Source of the DNA: an uncultured cyanobacterium | GTDB taxonomy: Bacteria; Cyanobacteriota; Cyanobacteriia; Pseudanabaenales; Pseudanabaenaceae | Reading direction: 5' to 3' | Assembly: GCA_963703315.1 (NCBI GenBank) | Contig: OY969811.1 | Location: forward strand, 1,152,001-1,216,000 | DNA length: 64,000 nucleotides | Shown: piece by piece, positions 19,482-30,371 of the stretch | Numbering within the stretch: the first letter of the stretch is position 1 | Layout of the letters: each line of letters begins with the position of its first letter | Notes under the pieces: model-generated | The model's database searches: none | Seen by the model: the letters and a program-made list of their open reading frames with translations, nothing else | What the model was told of the DNA's origin: nothing | Made by a program: the position numbers and the translations under genes

Positions 19482-20489
19482 ATGAGTAATGGGTTGTATG
19501 AGACGGATTTTTATCGGTGGTCGATTGAACAGGCTCAGCTTTTGGAGTTGGGACGGTTTGACGATTTAGATTTGGTGAATTTGGCAGATGAGATTGGTTC
19601 TTTGGGTAGAGAAGAGGCGCGATCATTGGAGCGTCATTTTGCAGAGTTGATTGGGAATCTATTAAAGTGGGAATATGCTTCTCAATGGCGTAATAAAATT
19701 TGGCAGTTCAATATTACGAGTAAACGGCGTGAGATTAAACGCTTGTTACAGGATAGTCCTAGCCTGAACGAGCAGGTTGATGAGTTGTTTCAGGAGAGTT
19801 ATGAGTCTGCTTTGAATGTGGCGATGATGGACAATATGTTTGAGTCGGTTGATTTACCAAAAGATTGCCCTTATTCCGTTACACAGGTTCTTGATGAAGA
19901 TTTCCCTTTGGGGATGCTCGATTTCCCATTGCCTTACGATCGCCATGTGTTGACGTTTGATGAGTTTCTGGCTTTACCAGAGACAAAACCTGCGAGTGAG
20001 TATTTCAATGGCAGAATTTCTCAGAAACCAATGCCCAATATGCATCACAGTGTTTTGCAAGGAGGGTTAACGAGTTTAATCAATCAAAAAGGAAAGGGCG
20101 ATCGCTTGGCTAGTGCTTTTCTAGAATTAGATTTTGTGATGAGTGATGGGATGATCGTTCCTGATATTTCGGTTTTTGCAAGCGATCGCATTTTGGTTGA
20201 TGAGAATGACGAAATTTCTAATGATCTGATTAAGGTTGCGCCTGATTGGTTGATAGAGGTTCTTTCGCCTGAACAGTCGGTGACTTTGTTGATTGATAAA
20301 ATCAAGTTAGCAATTTTGCATGGGACTAAGTTGGCTTGGCTGGTGGATTCTATGGAAGATGTAATTCTAACTTTTACAGCGAATGGGTTTAATAGCCATC
20401 ATGGTATGGACATTTTGCCAATGTTAGAAATTTTTGAGGATTGGCGGCTATCGGTGCAGGATGTATTTAACTTGCTAAAATTAAAATAA
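19482..20489 (+). CDS. DUF29-Uma2 endonuclease fusion protein
   Basis: N-half DUF29 motifs; C-half LPETKPASEY..PMP..H..VPDI..APDWLIEVLSP (Uma2, PD-(D/E)xK). Confidence 0.85.
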   Translation: MSNGLYETDFYRWSIEQAQLLELGRFDDLDLVNLADEIGSLGREEARSLERHFAELIGNLLKWEYASQWRNKIWQFNITSKRREIKRLLQDSPSLNEQVDELFQESYESALNVAMMDNMFESVDLPKDCPYSVTQVLDEDFPLGMLDFPLPYDRHVLTFDEFLALPETKPASEYFNGRISQKPMPNMHHSVLQGGLTSLINQKGKGDRLASAFLELDFVMSDGMIVPDISVFASDRILVDENDEISNDLIKVAPDWLIEVLSPEQSVTLLIDKIKLAILHGTKLAWLVDSMEDVILTFTANGFNSHHGMDILPMLEIFEDWRLSVQDVFNLLKLK

Positions 20490-23400
20490 AAACTGGGGTA
20501 ATCATGGCTATTAATCTCAAAAAGTCGCGTCAATATTTACAGGATTTTGATTTTTTGAGTTTGTTTATTGAGGAGTTGGGCTGGTCGAATCCGCCTAGTG
20601 GTGGGGCGATCGCATTTAAGTGTGATGGCAAGACTTTTTATCGTCAGGGTGTGGCGGAGTTGGCGGGGGTATTGGTTTTAGAGGTTACATCTGAGGATGG
20701 CGAGATTCCTGATGGGAAGGTGAGAGCGAATATCTATAAGGAGATTTGCAAGGTGGCGCTAGAGAATTTGGTGATTTTTTTAGATCGGGGGCGCAATCAG
20801 AGTCTTTGGTATTGGGTGAAGCGGGAGGGGACTAAGCAATATCGTCGCGATCATTTATATGTGCGGGGACAGTCTGGCGATTTGTTTTTGAGTAAGTTGG
20901 GGGCGTTGGTTGTTGATCTCAAGGATTGGGAAACGGGTAACGTGTCAGTTGTGAGTGCGGCGCGGCGACTCAAGGATAGCTTTGATATCGATCGCGTCAC
21001 CAAGAAATTTTTTAATGAGTTTCAAACTTTACATGGGGATTTCTTGGAGTTAATTAAGGGGATTGAGTTTGAGGGCGATCGCCGTTGGTATGCGTCTATT
21101 TTGTTGAATCGTTTGATGTTTGTGTACTTTTTGCAGCGCAAATATTTTCTAGATAATGGCGATGAGTTGTATTTACAAAATAAGCTGAAAGCTAGTAAAC
21201 AAGAGGGGACAGACTGTTTTTATCGTGAGTTTTTACAGCCGTTGTTTTTTGAAGGTTTTGGTAAGCCAGAGGGCGATCGCGATGGTGCTATTAAAAAGAA
21301 GATTGGCAAGATTCGCTATTTGAATGGTGGTTTATTTTTACCGCATGGGTTAGAGAAGCAATATCCTGATATTCAAATTGGCGATCGCGCTTTTGAGCAG
21401 GTTTTAGGTTTGTTTTCGCGCTACTCGTGGAATCTCGATGATACGCCTGAAGGGAAGGATGATGAGATTAATCCTGATGTGTTGGGTTACATTTTTGAGA
21501 AGTATATTAACCAAAAGGAGTTTGGGGCTTACTATACTCGTCCTGAAATTACGGAATATCTCTGCGATCGCACGATTAATAAGTTGATTTTGGATAAGGT
21601 TGCGGGTGAGTGTGACAGTAATCTTAATGAATTATTGCTGAGATTAGATGCTGATCTATGCGATCGCCTACTCAACCAAATCCTCCCAAATTTAACTTTG
21701 CTCGATCCTGCTTGTGGGTCAGGGGCGTTTCTAGTGGCGGCGATGAAGACTTTGATCGGGGTTTATGCAACGGTGGTTAGTCAGTCACGGCGGTTTGAGG
21801 ATCATCCAAATATCCAAAAGTGGCTCGATGAGGCGAATTCTCATCCTTCGCTCGATTACTACATCAAGAAGCGGATTATTACGGATAATCTCTATGGTGT
21901 GGATATCATGCAAGAGGCGACAGAAATCGCGAAGTTGCGGTTATTTCTGGCTCTAGTGGCTTCTGCTAAAAAGGTTGATGAGTTGGAGCCTTTGCCGAAT
22001 ATTGATTTTAATATCATGGCTGGAAATTCATTAATTGGATTGATCAGGGTTGATACAGATGCGTTCGCACAAGGGAGTCAGGGGACTTTAGAAAATCAGT
22101 GGACTAATGATCGATACAACCAGATTTTAGATGAGAAAAATCGTGATATTGCTTTGTATAAGAAGCACTCTTTTCAGTCAGATTCACAACGAAATCCTGA
22201 TCATAGGTCGCAGGAATCAAGCGTTGCAGAATTGCGAAATCAGATCGAAAAGTTAAATACTGAGTCGCAGGTTAAATTGAATGATTTATTGCTGAATGAG
22301 TTTAGTAGTAAGCTAAAAATCAAGTTTGAGGAGGCACAGTTAACGGGTAAGCCGAAAAAGCGGGTTCTGAATATTGATGATATTAATGTTTTGGAGCCAT
22401 TTCATTGGGGTTATCATTTCGATAAGGTGTTTGAACGCGGCGGGTTTGATGCGATTATTGCTAATCCGCCTTGGGAGATTTTTAAGCCACAGGCTAAGGA
22501 GTTTTTTGCTCACCATAGCGAGTTGGTGACTAAGAATAAAATGGATATTAAAACCTTTGAGAAGGAACAAAAGAAGCTCTTAGAATCTGCTGATGTGGCG
22601 GCGGCTTGGAATAAATATCAAAATCAATTTCCGCATATAAATTTGTATTTTCGGACTAGCGAGAATTACAAAAATCAAGTTTCCATCATTGACGGAAAAA
22701 AAGCTAAATCGACAGACATTAATCTCTATAAGCTATTTCTAGAGCGTTGTTATCATTTGCTGCGAAAGGGTGGTGAATGTGGGATCGTGATTCCTAGTGG
22801 TATTTATACCGATTTGGGGACGAAGCAGTTACGCGAGATGTTGTTTAGTGAAACCGAAATTACAGGTTTATTTTGTTTTGAGAATCGCAAGGCAATTTTT
22901 GAAGGTGTGGATAGTCGGTTTAAATTTATCATTCTCACTTTCGAGAAAGGCAGTAAAACCGAGTCTTTCCCTACGCGCTTTATGCGCCATGATGTCGCTG
23001 AGTTAACCAATTTCCCTACGCCTGACGATATTCGCTTAAATGTTCCTCTTATTCGTAAGCTTTCACCAGATTCTCTTTCAATTACTGAGTTCAAAAATTC
23101 AATTGAAATTGAGATCGCTGCAAAAATGGCTAAATTTCCACTACTAGGGAAATCAATAGAAGACTCTTGGAATTTGACATTGGGGCGCGAATTTCACATG
23201 ACTGATGACAGTTATTTGTTTAAGCCCGAAAAAATTACTGGGCGATTACCTCTTTATGAAGGGAAGATGATTCATCATTTTACTCATCAATTTGCAGAAC
23301 CCCGTTATTGGGTTGATGAGAAAGAAGCAAGAAAATCTTTATTAGGTAAAAATGAAACTGAAAAAGGACAAAAGTTGAATTATCAAGGTTATCGATTAGC

Positions 23401-23892
23401 TTATAGAGCGATCGCTAGTAGTACGAATGAACGAACATTAATTACATCAACAATTCCACCTAACTCATTTGCTGGCAACTCACTCAATCTTTCTTCATCC
23501 CCTAAAGATAATAACCAGTTGTTAGTTATAAGTGCTTTGCTTAATAGCTTTTGTGTAGACTACTCACTATGGCAACAAGTATCAGCTAATATCAATATTT
23601 TCTACATCTATCAACTCCCAGTCCCACGCCTCCAAAAAGGCGACAAATGGTTTGATGCGATAGTTACCCGCGCCGCCAAACTCATCTGCACCACACCCGA
23701 ATTTGACCAACTGCTAGAAGAAGTAAAAAAGGAAAAGGGAAAAGGAAAAAGTGGAGAGATTTTTGGCGTGACTGATGAAATAGAACGCGGTAAACTCAGA
23801 GCCGAACTTGATGGCATCATCGCCCACATTTACGGACTCACCGAAGAAGAATTTCAACCCACATTCCGCTCGTAATGGAAGAAAAAAAACAA

Positions 23893-25708
23893 TTACGAAA
23901 CAGGAGCAGGGAGCAAATAGTAGCGTTGGCAGGAGGGAGAAAAGAAATTCAAAATGTGAATCCGAAGAGGAGACAAATTAACAACTTGAGTGAGTCCCTG
24001 AAAAGAAACTAAATGAACCGCCATAAAACATTGAAAAATCCAACGCAAAGTTGGCGAATTAGTGGGTTTACCCAATTGATTAGGAATAGTATCTTGAGCG
24101 ATGGCTAAGGCAAGTCTGAGTTGACGTTGGGCTAAATTATAAACGAGCAAGCACAGTGCCATAATCATGCCCAAAGCCTCAATGCGTTTAGCAGACTTGA
24201 GAAAAACACTCGAAGTAAAAAACAAAGGATCTTTGAGGAAACGAAAACCACGCTCAGTGCTCTGCTGAGCCTTGTATTCCCGTAAAGCATCATCAGCCGT
24301 GAATTGTAAGGAATCAAGAACCCACATTCCGCTCGTAATGGAAGCCTAAAAATATTTACAACGAGACAATGAGGGTTTCAGCGATTTTCTGAAAAATTAA
24401 TGATAATAACTCCTATTAGTACGTCATTATTGACAATATTAAGATAGTGGTATTTTTCTGACGAAAGCCCAAAATACTTACTGTATAAGGATTTGTTTTC
24501 TAAATATTTTTTTCAGTAAAATAAGAGCGGAATGTGGGAAGAATATTCGTGGCTAAAATAAACCTGCCACAACGCTGTTGCTGAGCCAAGATTTCTGAGT
24601 CTATAGGAATCACCGTTGCAGTAATCCGATAACTAATGCTGGTGGGTATAGCATCAGGTTGTGGCTTACCCCGTTTCGCATAATGTGGTTTTTCTACTGC
24701 CTGAATATGGTCGAGTTGATGCCATTTCATCTTGGTTGATAATTTTTCAGCAGCAGCGATCGCGTCAGCAGCACAGGCAAAATCTTGTCCCGCCAAAGTG
24801 TGTAAATCTTGATGACATTTTTGCTGGACTTGCTCAAGCTTTTTGTCTAACTTTTTGATGTCTGATTTACGTCTTGCTTGGCTATCAACTAAAATCCATC
24901 TCTGTCTTACACCACCATACTCACTCACAGTTTCGGCTGTCCTGTATCCCTTAAATTTACTTTCTTGTAGGTCAGTTGTGCTTGACACTAAGTCACTTGC
25001 AGTTTTGATGCTTAATGGCACTCGGGTTAGCCATTTTAGTCCTGTCATTGCTACCAGATTTTCTTCACTGTATAGCGCTGCATCGCCTACGCATATTCCC
25101 TCAAATGTCCACTGGGTTTTGAATTCTTGTAATAGTCCTGCAAATCTTGCTTTGTCGGCTTGATTTCCACTTACCACTTCCATCATTACGGGAATGTCTC
25201 CATCTCCTACACAGATCAGGTTCATCATAAATTGCTTCAGGTCGGGGCGATGGTCGCGTGAATATCCGTGTGTGATTTCGATACTCCCTTCTTCCTCTCT
25301 GCCATATTCCCCATCTACGTGAAATGAGGTTGAGTCTATATGTCCTGTTTCTACCTTGACATCGTATTTCGCTACTGCTTTCAGGCTGATTCCTAAAAAT
25401 GTCTCACTCAGTCCTGCTTCATGTAAGTCATCCAGTACTTTACCGATGCGGTCATCATTGATTTGTTCGGCTGTTATCCCTTCCCCCAATAAGTGCTCGG
25501 TTGGTTTTCCTTCAAAGAATTTACCAAACATATACAGGGGTGCTGATACAAATCCTAATCCATTCAGGAGCATGGCTTTGACAATTACTCCTGCGCTTAC
25601 TTTTTCCCTTGAGCTTCTCCCGATTATCGTGTTGATTTCTTCTACGATTCCCATCTCATCTATGATTCCTGCCACGATTCCTAGATGGTCTAGGTTCGTT
25701 ACTTTCAT
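23893..25708 (-). pseudogene. IS1634 DDE transposase split by a MITE
   Basis: NLDHLGIVAG, DSTSF, GYSRDHRPDLKQF, GRFILATN | YKAQ..ERGFRFLKDP. Excising the MITE plus one TSD joins ATNIL-DSLQF in frame (530 aa). Confidence 0.9.
24321..24538. mobile_element. 218-bp MITE carrying the same IS1634 TIRs
   Basis: Left end identical to the IS TIR over 23 bp; right end GAGCGGAATGTGGG (14 bp); 5-bp TSD AAGAA at 24316-24320 and 24539-24543. Confidence 0.9.
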
Positions 25709-25917
25709 CTCTGTATTAATACCTGCCTCCTCTTTTTGCTCTTGTGCCTTACCTTTAGTTAATTATTTTACCCTTCCATTACGAGCGGAATGTGGGTTTC
25801 AATATATACTCACCACATTCCCCATAGTTGCTGATCCCGTCAAACTCAACGCCCTCAATGCCTATCGCGACGTTCGCACAGGATTGATCAAGTAAAAAGG
25901 TAAAAAACAGAAGAAAA

Positions 25918-26178
25918 ATGAATTTTAGACTTTCAAATCATGCTTTAGAAGAGGTACAGAAACGTAAAATTCCTATTTCGTTTGTAGAGACTGTCCTAAA
26001 AAATCCACAACAAACAATCCAACAAGATGAAGAAATCACAATTTATCAATCTCAACTCGATTTTGGTACAGCTAAACTTTACTTACTACGAGTTTTTGTA
26101 AATATCACCGTTGATCCTGCCGTTGCCGTCACAGTTTATCGTACTAGCCAAATTCAAAGATATTGGAGTAGACCATGA
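25918..26178 (+). CDS. DUF4258-like putative toxin
   Basis: SNHALE..KRKI..LLRVFV..VTVYRT; overlaps the next gene by 4 nt. Confidence 0.75.
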   Translation: MNFRLSNHALEEVQKRKIPISFVETVLKNPQQTIQQDEEITIYQSQLDFGTAKLYLLRVFVNITVDPAVAVTVYRTSQIQRYWSRP

Positions 26179-26414
26179 AAATCAAATATGATCCTGAAGT
26201 AGATATTATTCGGATTACGCTCAAAGATGTAGATATTGAAGAAAGCGAAGAAGAAACCGCAGGTATTATCTTAGACCTTGACATAAATGGTCATGTCGTT
26301 GGCATCGAAATCTTGCAAGCATCCAAACGCATCGACAATCCCCAAGCGATCGAATACATGATTACCCAATCAGTAGTTCCCTCACTCAATCCTAAAGTTT
26401 TGGTAAAACAATAA
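26175..26414 (+). CDS. DUF2283-like putative antitoxin
   Basis: IKYDPEVDI..GIILDLD.NG.VVGIEIL.AS. Confidence 0.82.
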   Translation: MKIKYDPEVDIIRITLKDVDIEESEEETAGIILDLDINGHVVGIEILQASKRIDNPQAIEYMITQSVVPSLNPKVLVKQ

Positions 26415-26430
26415 TTAGGAGAATAATACT

Positions 26431-26706
26431 ATGCACATCCAACTTGATGATTACGAACAAGATATTTTAGAGTCCGTAGAACGCGGTGAATGGAAATCTG
26501 TAAAAAATCTACAGCAAGAGATCGATCAGTATCAACACCATGCGCGTAACTACATCGCATCAATCCAAAAAATCACAATTGAACTACCCAGTAGCGATAT
26601 CGCATCTTTAGAGCAATTAGCCAATACTTCAGGCGTATCGATGCCTTTGCTTCTCTCAAGCATCTTGCATCAATATCTGGGTTCCCAGCCCATTTATAAC
26701 CCCTAA
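26431..26706 (+). CDS. CopG/RHH-type antitoxin-like protein (orphan)
   Basis: LDDYEQDILESVERGEWKS..ITIEL..SILHQY. Confidence 0.7.
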   Translation: MHIQLDDYEQDILESVERGEWKSVKNLQQEIDQYQHHARNYIASIQKITIELPSSDIASLEQLANTSGVSMPLLLSSILHQYLGSQPIYNP

Positions 26707-26715
26707 TGTAGGAAT

Positions 26716-26958
26716 ATGAAAACTCAGACCAAACCTAAAACCCTAGAAGAATACCTCAACCTCAACTACCCCATCACCCTTTACCCTGAACCTGATGGCG
26801 GCTACACCGTGATGATTGTCGATTTAGTAGGATGTCTTTCTCAAGGTGACACCCTCGAAGAAGCAGTTGCCAATATTCAAGAAGCCAAACACGCTTGGCT
26901 AGAAACCGCTTGGGAATGCGGCGATGACATTCCTCTTCCAAATTTACAAAATAGTTGA
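26716..26958 (+). CDS. HicB-family antitoxin (short, orphan)
   Basis: GGYTV..DL.GCLSQGDTLEEA..NIQEA..W..IPLP. Confidence 0.85.
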   Translation: MKTQTKPKTLEEYLNLNYPITLYPEPDGGYTVMIVDLVGCLSQGDTLEEAVANIQEAKHAWLETAWECGDDIPLPNLQNS

Positions 26959-27005
26959 GCAAATTTACAATACTGATTTAGCGTTGGATAAACGAGGTGA
27001 TTTTG

Positions 27006-27455
27006 ATGACATCAACACTACTATATGATTCAGATTTTTATCGTTGGACAGTTGAGCAGGTAGAGCGTTTACGCTTAGGCAAATTTAATGATTTAGATAT
27101 AGAAAATTTAGCGGAAGAAATTGAATCTTTGGGTAGCCAAAAAAGATCTGAGTTGGAAAATCGTTTAGCAATTTTGTTAGGACATTTGATTAAGTGGGAT
27201 TTGCAACCGAGATTGCGCGGTAAAAGTTGGCGACTGACAATCAAAGAGCAAAGAATCCAAATAAAAAAACTAATCCGCAAAAACCCTAGCCTAAAATCCT
27301 ATCTATCGGAAGCGATCGCCGATGGCTTCGAGTTAGCTTTAGTTTTGGCAGAAAAAGAAACCCGTCTTAAGCCCAAGGATTTACCGAAAGAATGTCCTTA
27401 CTCCATTGAACAAATTTTTGATGAGAACTTTCCCATTGGTATTGATAATGCTTAA
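27006..27455 (+). CDS. DUF29 family protein
   Basis: LYDSDFYRW..LDIENLAEEIESLG..HLIKW..NPSLK..CPYS. Confidence 0.88.
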   Translation: MTSTLLYDSDFYRWTVEQVERLRLGKFNDLDIENLAEEIESLGSQKRSELENRLAILLGHLIKWDLQPRLRGKSWRLTIKEQRIQIKKLIRKNPSLKSYLSEAIADGFELALVLAEKETRLKPKDLPKECPYSIEQIFDENFPIGIDNA

Positions 27456-27493
27456 ATGCCATAGCTGTACAGCACAGCCCATCAAAGCAGCAG

Positions 27494-27590
27494 CCCTGCA
27501 ATAAATTGCGGGCTGAAAGCTTAAACCCGTTGCAACGGGTTTAAGCTTTCAGCCAAGAACTTGAGTTCTTGGTTATTTTGCTTAAGTCCT
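27494..27590. repeat. Composite REP-like hairpin cluster at the end of the defence block
   Basis: GCCCTGCAATAAATTGCGGGC; GGCTGAAAGCTTAAACCCGTTGCAACGGGTTTAAGCTTTCAGCC (perfect palindrome); CCAAGAACTTGAGTTCTTGG. Confidence 0.7.
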
Positions 27591-27693
27591 AAATATTTCA
27601 GGGTTTTGTTAAAAATTACTTTTTAAAGCGTCTCAAGAAATTGCTAGAGTGCAATGATAGACAAAGTTTGTTAATAAAGTTGATATATAAATT

Positions 27694-28212
27694 ATGGATA
27701 GTACATTAGCGATCGCATATCTTGGGGCATTAGTTGTCCTACTAGCTGGGGTTAGCTGGTTAGTTATCCGCCAGATTTTGAAAGCCCGTAGTTTAGAAAA
27801 TGTGATTTCGGAACTACAACCTAAGCTACAAAAAGAAAAAGGTACACCTGAAGACTATTACCAGCTTGGTAGTGTTTATTTACGCAAAAAACTCTACTCT
27901 CAGGCGATCACCCTATTTAATAAGGCATTGAAGGAAGGTGGCGACAATGTTCCCGAAGTTTATAATGCACTCGGATTTTCCTATTTCTCTCAAGATCAAT
28001 ACGATCTCGCCATCAAAAATTATAAAGAGGCGATCGCCTTACAAGAGGGCTATGTAACTGCGATCAATAATCTTGGTCATGCCTATGAGAAGAAAAAGCT
28101 ATTGCCTCAGGCGATCGAGATGTATGAGCAGGTGTTGATATTGGATGAAAAAAATGAGACTGCCAAGCGGCGCTTAACTTCTTTACGAAAGCAGGTTGTG
28201 CCAACTGCTTAA
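27694..28212 (+). CDS. ycf37: TPR protein Ycf37 (PSI assembly)
   Basis: N-terminal TM, RQILKARSLE, three TPRs (YNALGF, NNLGHAYEKK). Confidence 0.82.
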   Translation: MDSTLAIAYLGALVVLLAGVSWLVIRQILKARSLENVISELQPKLQKEKGTPEDYYQLGSVYLRKKLYSQAITLFNKALKEGGDNVPEVYNALGFSYFSQDQYDLAIKNYKEAIALQEGYVTAINNLGHAYEKKKLLPQAIEMYEQVLILDEKNETAKRRLTSLRKQVVPTA

Positions 28213-28225
28213 AGATAAAAAAAGA

Positions 28226-28256
28226 TAAAAAAAGGAGGCGAAGCCTCCTTTTTTTA
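28226..28256. terminator. Bidirectional terminator between ycf37 and mnmA
   Basis: ATAAAAAAAGGAGGC-GAA-GCCTCCTTTTTTTAT between convergent genes. Confidence 0.75.
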
Positions 28257-29342
28257 TGTCTTGGATTCAATTAATCCACCACCGAGTAATAAATCACCAC
28301 GATAAAATACGGCGGCTTGTCCGGGGGTAATACTAAATTGTGGTTCATCAAAGACAATTCTGGCGCGATCGCCTGTTAGAGGAATTACGGTTGCTAAGGC
28401 AGGAGCCGTCCGATAGCGCACTTGGACTTCAGCTTGAAAAGGGATATCAGTAGGAGCGATCGATACCCAATTTACTTGATTGATGTTGCATTCCTTGTCA
28501 TGGGCTTCTGAGCGATCGCCAACAATCACTTCATTTTTAATCGGATCGAGAGCAACCACATAGAGGGGATTTGCTGCCGCTACGCCCAAACCTTTGCGCT
28601 GACCGATGGTGTAGTGATATGTGCCATCATGCTCGCCCAAGACATTGCCATTAGTATCGACAATTTTGCCTTGAACAGGCGTGAGATATTTATCCAGAAA
28701 TGCCTTCATCGAGCCATTAGCTTCCACAAGGCACAAGTCCATGCTTTCGGGCTTTTCGGCAGTGGCTAAGCCAAATTCGGCGGCGATTTTACGAGTTTCA
28801 ACTTTGGTCGTATCGCCTAAGGGAAAAATGCAGCAGCTTAATTCCTCTTGTCCAACTTCGTACAGAAAATAGGACTGATCCTTGGTGTCATCAACGGCGC
28901 GGCGCAATTCATAGCGTCCCGATTCGGAATTAAAACTTAGCTTGGCATAGTGTCCCGTCGCAATTTTATTGATCCCCAACTTTTCGTGGGCATATTTCAT
29001 CATTGGCGTGAACTTCACGGCGTTGTTGCAACGAGAACAGGGTAAAGGTGTTGCTCCTGCGGCATAGCCAGTAACGAGATAGTTAATGATATTTTGCTCA
29101 AAAACATCGCGGCTATCGACTATTTCGTGATGGATGCCTAATTCTTCGCAGAGGCGTGCAGCATCAACCATTCCTTCAGAGCAGCATTGTCCTTTGCCGC
29201 GCATTAACCATAGTGTCAAGCCCGTGACATCATATCCTGCACGGTGCAATAGGGCGGCAGCAACGGAGCTATCTACTCCGCCTGATAAACCGACAACTAC
29301 TTTTTGTTTTACTTGCTCTAGGGTTGAGGTGATGTTTGACAT
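28254..29342 (-). CDS. mnmA: tRNA 2-thiouridylase MnmA
   Basis: [42 protein letters not shown]. Confidence 0.96.
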   Translation of the reverse strand: MSNITSTLEQVKQKVVVGLSGGVDSSVAAALLHRAGYDVTGLTLWLMRGKGQCCSEGMVDAARLCEELGIHHEIVDSRDVFEQNIINYLVTGYAAGATPLPCSRCNNAVKFTPMMKYAHEKLGINKIATGHYAKLSFNSESGRYELRRAVDDTKDQSYFLYEVGQEELSCCIFPLGDTTKVETRKIAAEFGLATAEKPESMDLCLVEANGSMKAFLDKYLTPVQGKIVDTNGNVLGEHDGTYHYTIGQRKGLGVAAANPLYVVALDPIKNEVIVGDRSEAHDKECNINQVNWVSIAPTDIPFQAEVQVRYRTAPALATVIPLTGDRARIVFDEPQFSITPGQAAVFYRGDLLLGGGLIESKT

Positions 29343-29425
29343 TTACTGCGATCGAACCATTCAGATTCAATTGTAACTGCTCGGCATTAAATTTTGGCGC
29401 GATCGCCTCCTAATCTCATCATCAA

Positions 29426-29497
29426 TGAAGTACGAGATTGTTTCCCCAACTTTGGTGGGAAAACAATCTCGTACTTCATTAGACTGTGAAATGCTAC
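29426..29497. repeat. Family A palindromic repeat copy
   Basis: TGAAGTACGAGATTGTTTCCCC..GGGAAAACAATCTCGTACTTCATTAGACTG, similar to 1297-1391. Confidence 0.72.
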
Positions 29498-29505
29498 ATA
29501 TATAA

Positions 29506-30132
29506 TTAGAGACGTAACTCTTTGCGACCATTCTGGACAATTTTAATCATATCGATTAGCTGGGACTCAAGATTACCTAAGACGCGATCGCTATATTCAT
29601 CCGCACCCCGTTGCATATCTTGGACTTCTCCCGTCACGCGCTGATGTAACAAATCGAGATCTTTTTGGGCTTGACGGCGCATTTGGTTGACTTCATTAAG
29701 AGTCTGCGATCGCACTTGCTCACATTCTTCTTGGAGTTCACGGCGGATTTGATTTGCCTCTTGCTCAGCTTGGCGGATAATCAGAGATTCTTCTAGCATA
29801 TGACTAGCGCGTAACTCAGCAGATTTGATTAAATCTTCGGCATATTGCTGCGCTTCGGCAATCAAATCCTGTTTGTAGAGCAGGATCTCTTCTGCCTTAG
29901 CGATCGACTCAGGTACTGACAATCTTACGCGATCAATTTGCTGGCATAGTTTTTCTTCATCAATGACGGTATGCCCCATGACACGAGGTCCACTTTCTAG
30001 CACCATTTCTTCGAGATGGTCTAGCTCTTTGTGTAAGTTCATGTAGTAATCGGCTCGTGGTAAAGACGCAGGAGAGCCGTTGTTGTGGCCGTTATTAGAT
30101 TTAGTACTAGCAGTTGAGTTGTCTGTCAGCAT
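29506..30132 (-). CDS. DivIVA-like coiled-coil cell division protein (Cdv3-like)
   Basis: LDHLEEMVL..IDEEKL..LSVPE..coiled coil..GADEY..NGR. Confidence 0.75.
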   Translation of the reverse strand: MLTDNSTASTKSNNGHNNGSPASLPRADYYMNLHKELDHLEEMVLESGPRVMGHTVIDEEKLCQQIDRVRLSVPESIAKAEEILLYKQDLIAEAQQYAEDLIKSAELRASHMLEESLIIRQAEQEANQIRRELQEECEQVRSQTLNEVNQMRRQAQKDLDLLHQRVTGEVQDMQRGADEYSDRVLGNLESQLIDMIKIVQNGRKELRL

Positions 30133-30320
30133 CGGGTTTGTGTAGGAAAGAGTTCAATGCTTAATTCTAGAAAAATACATCTCAAGCAGATCTTGTCAGC
30201 TAATCAGCCTAGAAATACTAGACAACATTGTAGATGAATTTTTGTGAGATCTGTAACTAGATGAACTTTTTTTGATGAGATGAGCTAGCCTATCTCATCA
30301 AAGAGTGGGCTTAGGGCATA

Positions 30321-30371
30321 AAACCAGAAGATGGGTTGCGGCGCGAAGCGCCGCAACCCATCTTCTGGTTT
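30321..30371. terminator. Perfect 24-bp-stem hairpin after hemL
   Basis: AAACCAGAAGATGGGTTGCGGCGC-GAA-GCGCCGCAACCCATCTTCTGGTTT. Confidence 0.7.

Larger units (their letters stand above)
23858..25796 (-). mobile_element. IS1634-family insertion sequence
   Basis: 23-bp perfect TIR CCCACATTCCGCTCGTAATGGAA; 6-bp TSD TTTCAA at 23852-23857 and 25797-25802. Confidence 0.93.
20504..25895 (+). pseudogene. Large Eco57I-like gamma-class N6-adenine methyltransferase-specificity protein, interrupted by IS1634 30 codons before its natural stop
   Basis: GAYYT, DPACGSG, NPPW, TRD-like C-terminus. Removing 23858-25802 restores ..EEEFQ|YILTTFPIV..GLIK*; the current ORF 20504-23875 ends in IS-derived PTFRS. 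Confidence 0.88.

Noticed and set aside
25356..25895. 179-aa plus-strand ORF
   Set aside because: Antisense to the transposase; only its last ~32 codons are real, being the detached MTase tail.
15495..27690. tRNA-Val as an integrase att site for the defence block
   Set aside because: No integrase gene, and no duplicated tRNA 3' end found at the far boundary by eye.
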